Positions 1-8,645 of a DNA stretch of 64,000 nucleotides are shown piece after piece. Under the pieces are notes generated by a model. That model saw only the letters and a program-made list of their open reading frames with translations, ran no database searches and was not told the origin of the DNA. A program made the translations under genes and the position numbers. Location of the stretch: the NCBI GenBank assembly GCA_017450205.1, contig JAFSVF010000028.1, positions 1,588 to 65,587 of the forward strand. Reading direction: 5' to 3'. This stretch comes from Bacilli bacterium. GTDB taxonomy: Bacteria > Bacillota_I > Bacilli_A > RF39 > UBA660. Each line of letters opens with the position of its first letter. Positions within the stretch are counted from its first letter, which is position 1.

Positions 1-1692
1 ATTACTTCCTTCTTTTAAAGTTACAACACCACTTATTTTTAATTTTAAAGACTTTTCATAAACACTCTTTAAATAATCTATATCCTCTGACATATCTTCA
101 TATACATCATATTTAGTATTATATTTATATAATTCATAAGGAAGTATTAATCTTAAATCAACTCCCATTAAATCATCATAAGTAAGTTCAAGTGGTTCAT
201 TATTAATATTAACAGCTTCTCCTCTAAAGATTGCATTAACCATCTCAGTTAATTCACTATTTTTTCTTAAACCTAAAGTATATACAAGTAAATCAGAAAT
301 ACTATTTCTGCTTGGAAGTACTATAACCATTTCATTATATTCTTTAGGCCATGAACCAGCTAATACATCATATTGACTATCAAGTAACTTTTGATCATCT
401 AACATAGGTGAAAAAACAGAATTCATTGATCCAACTGCACTTAATACATTAGATGAATAAATAGATGAAAATAAACTACTTGGATTTATTTTACTTAATG
501 TATCAGTTACATCATATGTATATATATTAGGTTCAACTGAATACATATAACTTATATTAGATACATCACTCTTATATTTATCTTTATTATCTTCTAAATA
601 CTTTTTAAATGATTTTAAATCGTTAGATTTAATATTATTTAAAGTATTAGATACAAGTTGATTTTCATATACTTTATTATCTTTCTTTTCTTTAGAATCT
701 TTATCTACTTCACTACCATTCATACCAAGTAACATAGAAGTAAAATCAACTGATTCTTTTTGAATAGTTAAAGGATAAGAAGTTAAAGTATCTTCCTGAA
801 TAGTATCTACATAATTTTGAAAACCAGTAGAAACAGCAAGTATTAAAGCAATACCAATAATACCTATAGAACCAGCTATTGAAACAAGTATAGTTCTACC
901 CTTCTTAGTCATTAAGTTATTAAATGATAATCCTAAAGCAGTAAAGAAAGACATCTTAGTTTTCTTTCCTCTTTTTTTAGCTTCTTTTTCCGATTCAGTA
1001 GTATCTACTTTACCATCATAAGGATCACTATCACTTATAATACGTCCATCTTTAATATTTATAATTCTTGAAGAATATTCTTTAGCAAGTTCAGGATTAT
1101 GTGTAACCATAATAACTAACTTTTTCTTAGAAATATCTTTAAGAATATTCATAATTTGTATAGAAGTTTCTGAATCTAATGCACCAGTTGGTTCATCAGC
1201 AAGTAAAATATCTGGGTCATTAACAAGTGCTCTTGCAATTGCAACCCTTTGCATTTGCCCACCACTTAATTGGTTAGGTCTTTTATACATATGATCTTTT
1301 AATCCAACTTGGATTAAAGCTTTCTTAGCTCTTTCAGTAGATTCATTTTTAGAAATACCAGATAATGTTAAAGCAAGTTTAACATTATTTAATACTGATT
1401 GATGAGATATTAAATTATAGGATTGGAATACAAATCCAATTCTATGATTTCTATAAGAATCCCAATCAGCATCTTTATATTCTTTAGTAGATATTTCATT
1501 AATTACTAAATCACCTGAATCATAATGATCAAGTCCACCAATTATATTTAAAAATGTAGTTTTACCAGAACCACTTGGCCCTAAAATAGATGCAAACTCA
1601 CACTCTCTAAAATTAACTGAAACTTTATTCAAAGCAGTTTGACTAAAACCTTCAGTTATATATTTTTTTGTAATCTTTTTTATCTCTAACAT
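1..1692 (-). CDS. ABC transporter, fused ATPase + MacB/FtsX-type permease (first ~564 codons; ORF continues past the left edge)
   Basis: Absent from the track because it is open at the window edge. My own minus-strand translation starts at ATG 1692 with GGAG upstream. It reads MLEIKKITKKY...ILGPSGSGKTTFLN (Walker A), LSGGQMQRVAIARAL (ABC signature), ILLADEPTGALD (Walker B). It continues KKRGKKTKMSFFTALGLSFNNLMTKKGRTILVSIAGSIGIIGIALIL (first permease TM), then a long extracytoplasmic region with no stop down to position 1. Confidence 0.85.
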   Translation of the reverse strand, partial: MLEIKKITKKYITEGFSQTALNKVSVNFRECEFASILGPSGSGKTTFLNIIGGLDHYDSGDLVINEISTKEYKDADWDSYRNHRIGFVFQSYNLISHQSVLNNVKLALTLSGISKNESTERAKKALIQVGLKDHMYKRPNQLSGGQMQRVAIARALVNDPDILLADEPTGALDSETSIQIMNILKDISKKKLVIMVTHNPELAKEYSSRIINIKDGRIISDSDPYDGKVDTTESEKEAKKRGKKTKMSFFTALGLSFNNLMTKKGRTILVSIAGSIGIIGIALILAVSTGFQNYVDTIQEDTLTSYPLTIQKESVDFTSMLLGMNGSEVDKDSKEKKDNKVYENQLVSNTLNNIKSNDLKSFKKYLEDNKDKYKSDVSNISYMYSVEPNIYTYDVTDTLSKINPSSLFSSIYSSNVLSAVGSMNSVFSPMLDDQKLLDSQYDVLAGSWPKEYNEMVIVLPSRNSISDLLVYTLGLRKNSELTEMVNAIFRGEAVNINNEPLELTYDDLMGVDLRLILPYELYKYNTKYDVYEDMSEDIDYLKSVYEKSLKLKISGVVTLKEGSN

Positions 1693-1916
1693 AATTACTC
1701 CTTAATCTATATATTTAACAAAACAAATATTATTTAAACAAATAATATATAGATAATCAATGTATATATCTAAGCAGTATTTCAATTTAAATAATTTGTA
1801 TCATTTTGCACACAAATTATATTATATCATCTAACTAAAATATATCATAAATAAAAATATAAAAGAAGACAATAAATAAAGAAATAAAAGATAAATATAA
1901 ACATTTAAGTACATAT

Positions 1917-2771
1917 TTATTTCAACATTATATTCTCATTATCATCCACATATTTATAATTAAGCATATTATCACTAGTTATTACACTTTCTCCTAATTC
2001 ATTTTCTAATTCTATTCTTGCAGTACTAGCAATTTTACCACCACATTTTGCTATTTCAATATTTTCACTTAAACCAATAGGATGTTTCTTTTTAGTTATT
2101 TCTCTTGTAGCTATCTCTCCTAAATCAGCAAGTACAACTTCAATATCAGACATATTATCTCTTAAAGACTCTTTTCTTAATCCTTTATATTCTTTATACT
2201 CTTTGGCTGTAAATCCAGACCATTCTTTATATATTTCATTTGTTAATATAGCATATTCTTTTTTACAAGAAACACCATGTTCATTCCAAGTATCAGTTAG
2301 TTTCTTCCTATCTTGAATTCCTTTAATTCTTTTAATAATCCAATCATCTGAATATTCTTTTTCTCTATAAGTATCAATTGCTCTTTGAATAGCTATCGAA
2401 GGATCAAAAATTTCATCTATTCTTTCACTGCCTAACTTAGCTAACCATTGTTTTATTGGTTCAGCATTCTTACTAGGAATAGATTCAATTATTCTAAACA
2501 TACATTCAATATTAACTACATCTGTATTATAGTATTTTCCATCAGTAGATTTTAATTTCAGTTGGTGACAATTTGTCACCGACTCATTTCCTTCCTCCTT
2601 CAACCTTTGTTTAAGTTTATTCCAATACTTTCTTCCATCTTTACTTTCAGTAATTATACTGACAATATCAACAACACTAATAAAATATTCTTCTTTTTCA
2701 TTGTCCCATACTGTTCTAATAGTTTCATTATTAAATATTTTATTAATTAAATACATTTTTTCATTATTCAT
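1917..2771 (-). CDS. Bro-N / DinD-like (DNA-damage-inducible protein D family) DNA-binding protein
   Basis: 284-aa ORF. The N-terminal ~100 aa (FNNETIRTVWDNEKEEYFISVVDIVSIITESKDGRKYWNKLKQRLKEEG) has a Bro-N-like pattern. The rest (KGLRKESLRDNMSDIEVVLADLGEIATREIT...) resembles E. coli DinD-type proteins from memory. It is a stand-alone gene with AT-rich flanks on both sides. Confidence 0.55.
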   Translation of the reverse strand: MNNEKMYLINKIFNNETIRTVWDNEKEEYFISVVDIVSIITESKDGRKYWNKLKQRLKEEGNESVTNCHQLKLKSTDGKYYNTDVVNIECMFRIIESIPSKNAEPIKQWLAKLGSERIDEIFDPSIAIQRAIDTYREKEYSDDWIIKRIKGIQDRKKLTDTWNEHGVSCKKEYAILTNEIYKEWSGFTAKEYKEYKGLRKESLRDNMSDIEVVLADLGEIATREITKKKHPIGLSENIEIAKCGGKIASTARIELENELGESVITSDNMLNYKYVDDNENIMLK

Positions 2772-2854
2772 ATTATTTCTCCTTTTTTTACTTATTTAAT
2801 ATAAAAAATAGAAATAATATTTTTTGTAAGTTTATGTCGAAATGAACTTAAAAA

Positions 2855-2887
2855 TAAAAAAAGATAATAAATTTTATTTATTATCTT
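2855..2887 (-). terminator. Intrinsic terminator after mtnN
   Basis: 11-bp stem AAGATAATAAA (2861-2871) / TTTATTATCTT (2877-2887) with a 5-nt loop. A U-run follows on the minus-strand transcript (A-run 2856-2860 on +). Confidence 0.65.
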
Positions 2888-2894
2888 CTAATAA

Positions 2895-3584
2895 TTACAT
2901 ACTTTCTAATATATCTTTTATATAACCAGTAACTAACTTACATGATTTACTTAAGAATTCTTCATATGTAATAGTATTATTCTCATTACTATTAGGTGAA
3001 TCTGATATACTTCTAATAACTATAAAAGGTGTATTACATAAATGACATACTTGAGCAATAGATGCTCCTTCCATTTCTACCGCTAAAGCATTAAACTTAG
3101 TACCTATTTTATTAGACATTTTCTTATCTTGACAAAATATATCACCTGAAGCTATAACACCTAAATGTTTATTAGTATTAATATTTGGATTACTACATTT
3201 ATCTAATAAATACTTATCAGTATTTATATATACACCTACGTTAGGTATATATCCTTTTTCATGATTAAATGATGTAATATCAAAATCATGTTGAACTAAA
3301 CTTTCAGCAATAACAATATCTAATACATTAACATTATTATTAACAGAACCAGCAACTCCAATATTAAATATATAATCAGGATTAATATTATCTATTAATA
3401 TTTGAGTAGTTCTTGCAGCATTTACTTTGCCTATTCCAGATTCTACTAAATATAATTCTTTATTATTTAATATACATTTATATATAGTTAAATCATATAT
3501 ATTAATTTCTTCAATTAAATCAACTATATTTAATAGTTCATCTAGTTCTTCTTTCATAGCAAAAATAATACCTATTTTATTCAT
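2895..3584 (-). CDS. mtnN: 5'-methylthioadenosine/S-adenosylhomocysteine nucleosidase
   Basis: MNKIGIIFAMKEELDEL..., GIGKVNAARTTQ, VEMEGASIAQV and IRSISD are typical MtnN/Pfs motifs. The track starts at GTG 3602; ATG 3584 gives the canonical MxKIGIIxAM N-terminus. Confidence 0.85.
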   Translation of the reverse strand: MNKIGIIFAMKEELDELLNIVDLIEEINIYDLTIYKCILNNKELYLVESGIGKVNAARTTQILIDNINPDYIFNIGVAGSVNNNVNVLDIVIAESLVQHDFDITSFNHEKGYIPNVGVYINTDKYLLDKCSNPNINTNKHLGVIASGDIFCQDKKMSNKIGTKFNALAVEMEGASIAQVCHLCNTPFIVIRSISDSPNSNENNTITYEEFLSKSCKLVTGYIKDILESM

Positions 3585-3684
3585 AGAAATCACTTCTTTC
3601 ACTTAATTAAAACTGTTAAATTATATCACACTTTTAAAAAAAATAAAAAAAATGCATTAAATAAATGCATTTGTGATTTAACTA

Positions 3685-3771
3685 TGGTGCCCCTGGTCGG
3701 ACTCGAACCGACACGTTATTACTAACAATGGATTTTGAGTCCATCGCGTCTACCAATTCCGCCACAAGGGC
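3685..3771 (-). tRNA. tRNA-Leu (anticodon CAA), class II with long variable arm, CCA encoded
   Basis: Minus-strand sequence GCCCTTGTGGCGGAATTGGTAGACGCGATGGACTCAAAATCCATTGTTAGTAATAACGTGTCGGTTCGAGTCCGACCAGGGGCACCA. The 7-bp acceptor stem is GCCCTTG/CAGGGGC and the D-arm is identical to E. coli tRNA-Leu. The anticodon stem is ATGGA/TCCAT around loop CT-CAA-AA. The variable stem is GTTA/TAAC and the T-arm is GTCGG-TTCGAGT-CCGAC. Confidence 0.92.
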
Positions 3772-3822
3772 ATAACACACATATAAATTATATTAAATAA
3801 ATATGTGTTTATCAATTAAAAA

Positions 3823-4410
3823 CTATTCTTCCTTATCTTTATAAATGGAAGTAAATAATTCAGTTTCATCTTCTTTTGGTTTTTCTTTAGTTTCTACAAC
3901 TGGTAAATCATCAATTGTAGCTAAACCAAAATAATCTAAGAATTCACTTGTAGTTCTATAAAGATTAGGTCTACCTGGTAAATCAGATTTACCAGCTTCT
4001 TTAAGTAATCCTTTAGCAACTAATTTTCTAATTAATTGTCCAGAATGAACTCCCCTCATTTCACTTACTTCACTTGTAGTAATTGGTTGATTATAAGCAA
4101 CAATAGCTAAAGTTTCAAGAGCAGCAGGACTTAATTTAGTAGTACCTGGATTGTATACTAACTTCTCATAATAGTCTTTATGTTCTTCTTTGGTAGTAAG
4201 TTTAAAAGCATTACCTAAGTAACTTATTCTAAGTCCCCTTGCAGGACTTTCATATTCTTTTTTTAGAAGTTTAAGAAGTTCTTTTATTTTTTCTTCTGAA
4301 AGACCCATACTATCTTTAAGTACATCAATAGTAACTCCTTCATCACCAACAACAAATAAAATACCTTCAAGAATACCAAGTTGTGTTTGTGTTTCTGTCA
4401 TTATATTCAC
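3823..4410 (-). CDS. scpB: Segregation and condensation protein B
   Basis: LEGILFVVGDEGVT, LSPAALETLAIVAYNQPITTSEVSEMRGV and GRPNLYRTTSEFLDYFGL match ScpB. Its start overlaps the scpA stop by 4 nt. Confidence 0.9.
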   Translation of the reverse strand: MNIMTETQTQLGILEGILFVVGDEGVTIDVLKDSMGLSEEKIKELLKLLKKEYESPARGLRISYLGNAFKLTTKEEHKDYYEKLVYNPGTTKLSPAALETLAIVAYNQPITTSEVSEMRGVHSGQLIRKLVAKGLLKEAGKSDLPGRPNLYRTTSEFLDYFGLATIDDLPVVETKEKPKEDETELFTSIYKDKEE

Positions 4411-5120
4411 TTCATTTCTAAATATATACTACCATAAATCTTATCTTGAGTGATAGTTAATTCTTTATTCTTACTCATTTCTAATATTGATAAGAATGTA
4501 ATAATTACATATGGTTTTGATGTATCTTCAAATAAAGATGTAAATTCACATCTTTTCAATTTTCTTAAAGTTTCTCTTATTTGATGAGATCTTTCAGTAA
4601 CACTAAGTTCTCTTTTAGTAATTTTAGTATTAAGAGGTTTATTAAGTTCTTCTCTTTCAAGAAATACTTTTAAAGCATTAGCAAGATCTTCAGGTGTAAC
4701 TCCACCTTCAAGTGGTTTCTCACTCATATATTCAGATAAATCACTTGGAAGTTTTGTATAAAATACACTTCTTTTATCTTCAAGTGTTTTAAACTTATTA
4801 GCTATTTCCTTCATAGATTCATATTCTAAAAGTTTTTCTTGTAAATCTTCAGTAGAATTAATCTCATATTCTTCATCTTCTGATACTTCTGTCTTACCTA
4901 AAAGTAATCTTGATTTTAAATGAAGAAGTTCTGATGCCATTACTAAATATTCACTTAAAATATCTATACTCATATCTTTAGATTCATTTATAAAATCAAT
5001 ATATTGTTTAGTAATACTTTCAACATTGATATTATAAATATCCATCTTACTACTTCTAATTAAATGTAATAAAAGGTCCAAAGGACCTTCAAAATCATTA
5101 ACAGTAAATTTTTGTATCAT
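4407..5120 (-). CDS. scpA: Segregation and condensation protein A (kleisin)
   Basis: FEGPLDLLLHLIRSSKMDIYNINVESITKQYIDFI and the C-terminal winged-helix region FLSILEMSK match ScpA. It lies directly upstream of scpB, as in Bacillus. Confidence 0.9.
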   Translation of the reverse strand: MIQKFTVNDFEGPLDLLLHLIRSSKMDIYNINVESITKQYIDFINESKDMSIDILSEYLVMASELLHLKSRLLLGKTEVSEDEEYEINSTEDLQEKLLEYESMKEIANKFKTLEDKRSVFYTKLPSDLSEYMSEKPLEGGVTPEDLANALKVFLEREELNKPLNTKITKRELSVTERSHQIRETLRKLKRCEFTSLFEDTSKPYVIITFLSILEMSKNKELTITQDKIYGSIYLEMK

Positions 5121-6061
5121 TTACAATCATATCCTTTTCCGATTTGTGAATATACTATGACTTTAGATAATGTATTTTCTTCATAATAATTTTTATCATC
5201 AAATTCTTCAGGATATTTAAAATCTTTTAAATTAATATTAGCAAGATAAGTAAATCCTTCCTCTTCTTCAGTAACACTTGTACCATTACCTAAAAGTTTA
5301 GACTTATCTCTATATTCTTTTAAAAGTTCAAGATATTTATTACTAGAATAACTCTTAACTTTTTCAACAACTGAATCTTTAATACCAATTAAATAATTAT
5401 TATCAAAAATATATTCTATTTCTCTATTATTCTTTTTACAAATTAGTGTTCCATCTTCATTAACACTAAATAACGGATAATCAGATTCACTTTCTAATTT
5501 AACAAGTTTTCCATAATAAGTAATTCTACTATTAAAACTTAATTTAGGATTTTCAAATGTTTTTCTAGTAATATTTGAATCATAATCTTTTCCAGTTAAT
5601 TTAATATATCCAATTAAATTAGTTTCATCACTTGATGAATAAATATTCATATATATAGAATCATTATCTAAATCAAGAATACCACTATAACTTTTTATAT
5701 CACACTCTACTTTACCACTAGATAAAGTAAAGTTTTGAAGTATCAAATTACCAAATTTAATATTAGAAGTAGCATTTAATACTGAAGGCTTACTTCCATC
5801 ATCAAAATCACTTTTAACTTTATCTTCATCAATAACTACATCTGTTTGTTTATAAATAAGCTTAAACAAAAATGAATTAGGGTTTTGTAACATAGATGTA
5901 GATAATGGAAGTATTAAAAGTACAATTACAATTATAGCTAAAAACGCAATTAACATACTTGGATTACCTATTTTTTCAGTTCTTAAATGTCCTAACACTT
6001 CAGGTTGAATAGTTTTAGGATCAATTTTATTTTGAACTTCATTTTTTGGCTCTTGATTCAT
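5117..6061 (-). CDS. Hypothetical membrane-anchored protein (single N-terminal TM, large extracytoplasmic domain)
   Basis: 314-aa ORF whose stop overlaps the scpA start. It has one hydrophobic helix (MLIAFLAIIVIVLLILPL). I recognised no family. Confidence 0.5.
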   Translation of the reverse strand: MNQEPKNEVQNKIDPKTIQPEVLGHLRTEKIGNPSMLIAFLAIIVIVLLILPLSTSMLQNPNSFLFKLIYKQTDVVIDEDKVKSDFDDGSKPSVLNATSNIKFGNLILQNFTLSSGKVECDIKSYSGILDLDNDSIYMNIYSSSDETNLIGYIKLTGKDYDSNITRKTFENPKLSFNSRITYYGKLVKLESESDYPLFSVNEDGTLICKKNNREIEYIFDNNYLIGIKDSVVEKVKSYSSNKYLELLKEYRDKSKLLGNGTSVTEEEEGFTYLANINLKDFKYPEEFDDKNYYEENTLSKVIVYSQIGKGYDCK

Positions 6062-6108
6062 AATTGTCCCCTCAATTCTTTACATAAATTATAACAAAAT
6101 TAAAAACA

Positions 6109-6138
6109 TAAAAAAAGAGTAATTCACTAATTACTCTT
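6109..6138 (-). terminator. Intrinsic terminator after 6211-6798
   Basis: 10-bp stem AAGAGTAATT (6115-6124) / AATTACTCTT (6129-6138) with a 4-nt loop. A U-run follows on the minus transcript. Confidence 0.75.
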
Positions 6139-6210
6139 CATCATTTTCTTTGGCTTTATTTTTCTTATTAATTTTCAATGTTTAAACTTTTAAATTTACT
6201 TATAAATAGA

Positions 6211-6798
6211 TTAATTTAATTTTCCATGTTCAATAGATAAAAATTCAAAAGTTACATTCTCTTCTATTATATTAACTTGATTCTTTCTTGCATATTCAGT
6301 TTCTGAATATGATAATTTATCTTCATCATTTAACAAGTTATAAACAAATAAATTATTGTTATCAACAAAAATATTTTTATGATTATTATCATCTATAAAT
6401 GTATAATTAAACGTATCAAACTCATAAATAATAATACCTTCACTATTTAATATAATTGGCTTAAAATCATGTCCATATATTCCAAGTATTAAATAATCTA
6501 CTTCATTAGATTTAAAAACTTCAATTACATTATTAGATAATGTACCATCAATAACTGAAGTTATTTTTTTATTATTAAAATATACATCTATATTCTTATT
6601 AACTTCTTTTAATTCAAGATTAATATTTTTTTCATTCATTACCACATTAATCTTTTTTACTTCTTCTTGTTTTTTAACCTCAGGAACATCATCCAATAAT
6701 TTCTTTTGATAATCATATGAATAAATTAACAAACCTATTAATCCAATAAAGATTAAAGATAAGAAAAATATTAAAATATTCTTACTACTTTCTTTCAT
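6211..6798 (-). CDS. Hypothetical membrane-anchored protein
   Basis: 195-aa ORF with an N-terminal TM (ILIFFLSLIFIGLIGLLIY). I recognised no family. Confidence 0.45.
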   Translation of the reverse strand: MKESSKNILIFFLSLIFIGLIGLLIYSYDYQKKLLDDVPEVKKQEEVKKINVVMNEKNINLELKEVNKNIDVYFNNKKITSVIDGTLSNNVIEVFKSNEVDYLILGIYGHDFKPIILNSEGIIIYEFDTFNYTFIDDNNHKNIFVDNNNLFVYNLLNDEDKLSYSETEYARKNQVNIIEENVTFEFLSIEHGKLN

Positions 6799-6806
6799 AA
6801 TAACTC

Positions 6807-7238
6807 CTAATTAAGCATACCAAGTACTACTGTTGAATCTTTTGAATTTAGATTTTCACCAGATTCATAACTCTTAGCAAATGTTTCAACAAAGAACTTA
6901 AATTCTTCTTTATTGTTATATCCAATAACATTTTTAAGTAAACTTTGATATCTTTGATCAAAACCTTTAGACTTTTGAGCTAAAGCAAGTATTGGTTTAC
7001 CTGATACAATTGCTTGTTTCAATTCCATATTAAAAGTAACATCAGGATCAGTTAACTCAACAACTATAATATCAGCTTTATTAATCATATCTTTATAATA
7101 TATATCCTTATTTTCTTCACTATTAGGAAACAACAAATGATGATGACTCAAAATATTACTACTTAGTACTGGTAAATAAATTAAATCATTATAATTTGAT
7201 GTATTAGAATGAATAAAATAAATATTTAGTTTTTTCAT
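6807..7238 (-). CDS. Nucleoside 2-deoxyribosyltransferase / DNPH1(Rcl)-like fold protein
   Basis: By eye it aligns to DNPH1. NIYFIHS corresponds to VYFCGSIRGG. ADIIVVELTDPDVTFNMELKQAIVSGKPILAL corresponds to ADVVVAEVTQPSLGVGYELGRAVALGKPILCL, so the Glu of the YELG nucleophile motif is kept. The SIRGG phosphate loop is not conserved. Confidence 0.45.
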   Translation of the reverse strand: MKKLNIYFIHSNTSNYNDLIYLPVLSSNILSHHHLLFPNSEENKDIYYKDMINKADIIVVELTDPDVTFNMELKQAIVSGKPILALAQKSKGFDQRYQSLLKNVIGYNNKEEFKFFVETFAKSYESGENLNSKDSTVVLGMLN

Positions 7239-7315
7239 AATTATCAGCCCTTTTGATTACTTTGCTTTTAATTTTCTTTCATGATATATTATACATGAAT
7301 TCGAGGTGAAAGTAC

Positions 7316-8431
7316 ATGGATGCTATTGGAATAATTGTAGAATATAATCCATTTCATAATGGACATCTTTATCAATTAAATAAAGTAAAGGAGCTTTACC
7401 CTAACTCTAAGATAGTTATTATTCTAAATGGTTACTTCTTAGAAAGAGGATTAATCTCTCTAGAAACAAAAGAAGAAAAAACTAGACTTGCACTTATTTA
7501 TGGTGCTGACTTAGTTATTGAACTTCCATTTGTATTCGGAAGTAATTCAGCAGATACATTTGCTTCTTCTTCACTTTACTTATTAAATAAATTAAAAGTT
7601 AAAAAGCTCATATTTGGTTCAGAATCAAATGATATTACTTTGCTTAAAACAATCGCATATAAACAACTAGAAAGTGGGTTTAATCAAAAATTAAAATCAT
7701 ATCTTGATGAAGGATTAAATTATCCTACTGCACTTAATAAAGCAATTGGTATTGAACTAAATAATCCAAATGACTTACTAGGTGTATCTTATATAAAAGC
7801 AATACTTGAAAACAATTATGATATCGAACCAATAACAATAAAAAGAACTAATGATTATCATGATACAAAACTAAATAATTCAATTGTTAGTGCCTCAAAT
7901 ATAAGAGAAAAATTAAATAATAATGAAGATATCTCTAAATATATTCCTGAAGGAGAATTAGTAGATATTAATTATGATTTATTTTTTCAATTACTTAAAT
8001 ATAAAATATTATCAGATAATGAATTAGATAAGTATCTAACCGTAGATGAAGGAATAGATAAAAAGTTAAAAAAAGTAATTAATGAAGTTAACTCATTAGA
8101 TGAACTAATAAACTCTATTAAAACAAAAAGATATACATATAATAGATTAATGAGAATGTTTATTCATATCTTAATTGGACTTACTAAAAAAGATAGAGAA
8201 TCAATCACTACTCCAGAATATATTAGATTACTTGGATTTAGTGAAGATGGTTCTATCTATTTAAATACGATTAAAAAAGAATTAGATATTCCATTAGTTA
8301 CTAAATATACACATATAGATTCAATAATTAAAGATTATGAATTAAAAGCTGCAGCAATTTATAAGCAACTAACTAATGAAGATGTAATTAAATTTGAGCT
8401 TAATAATAAACCACTAAAAAAGAGTTTTTAA
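7316..8431 (+). CDS. tmcAL: tRNA(Met) cytidine acetate ligase (YlbM/TmcAL family nucleotidyltransferase)
   Basis: GIIVEYNPFHNGHLYQL (HxGH motif), ERGLISLETKEEKTRLALIYGADLVIELPF and GSESND closely match B. subtilis YlbM/TmcAL. Confidence 0.8.
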   Translation: MDAIGIIVEYNPFHNGHLYQLNKVKELYPNSKIVIILNGYFLERGLISLETKEEKTRLALIYGADLVIELPFVFGSNSADTFASSSLYLLNKLKVKKLIFGSESNDITLLKTIAYKQLESGFNQKLKSYLDEGLNYPTALNKAIGIELNNPNDLLGVSYIKAILENNYDIEPITIKRTNDYHDTKLNNSIVSASNIREKLNNNEDISKYIPEGELVDINYDLFFQLLKYKILSDNELDKYLTVDEGIDKKLKKVINEVNSLDELINSIKTKRYTYNRLMRMFIHILIGLTKKDRESITTPEYIRLLGFSEDGSIYLNTIKKELDIPLVTKYTHIDSIIKDYELKAAAIYKQLTNEDVIKFELNNKPLKKSF

Positions 8432-8445
8432 AAACTCCTTTTTTT
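8422..8445 (+). terminator. Weak AT-rich intrinsic terminator after tmcAL
   Basis: Palindrome GAGTTTTT/AAAAACTC (8422-8437) overlaps the stop codon and is followed by C then a T-run (8439-8445). Confidence 0.45.
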
Positions 8446-8613
8446 GTCAAATATTTTCCTATAACTGCAAGTAATTCAACAAGAGTAAATCTAATATTTA
8501 GTTTTTAATTTTTCTCTTTTTTAAAAGTATTTCCTTTATTTTTTTAATTTATACTCACTTACTATAATAATATATTATGTAATCAACCTATAAAACATAT
8601 AAATACAAATTTA

Positions 8614-8640
8614 TAAAAAAAGAGAAGACTTCTCTTCTCT
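8614..8640 (-). terminator. Intrinsic terminator after valS
   Basis: Minus-strand hairpin AGAGAAG-agaagt-CTTCTCT followed by seven U (A-run 8614-8620 on +). Confidence 0.7.
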
Positions 8641-8645
8641 TACTA

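Noticed and set aside
1693-3771. tRNA-Leu(CAA) might be an integration site, with the Bro-N gene as cargo of a degraded island at the tRNA 3' side.
   Set aside because: I could find no direct repeat of the tRNA 3' end downstream and no integrase. The housekeeping gene mtnN lies between the tRNA and the Bro-N gene.
8446-8613. The convergent intergenic region between tmcAL and valS is about 170 bp longer than two terminators need. It might hold a small RNA or peptide gene.
   Set aside because: I could see no convincing promoter-plus-terminator pair, conserved-looking structure, or ORF with a Shine-Dalgarno. It is AT-rich filler as far as can be judged without comparative data.
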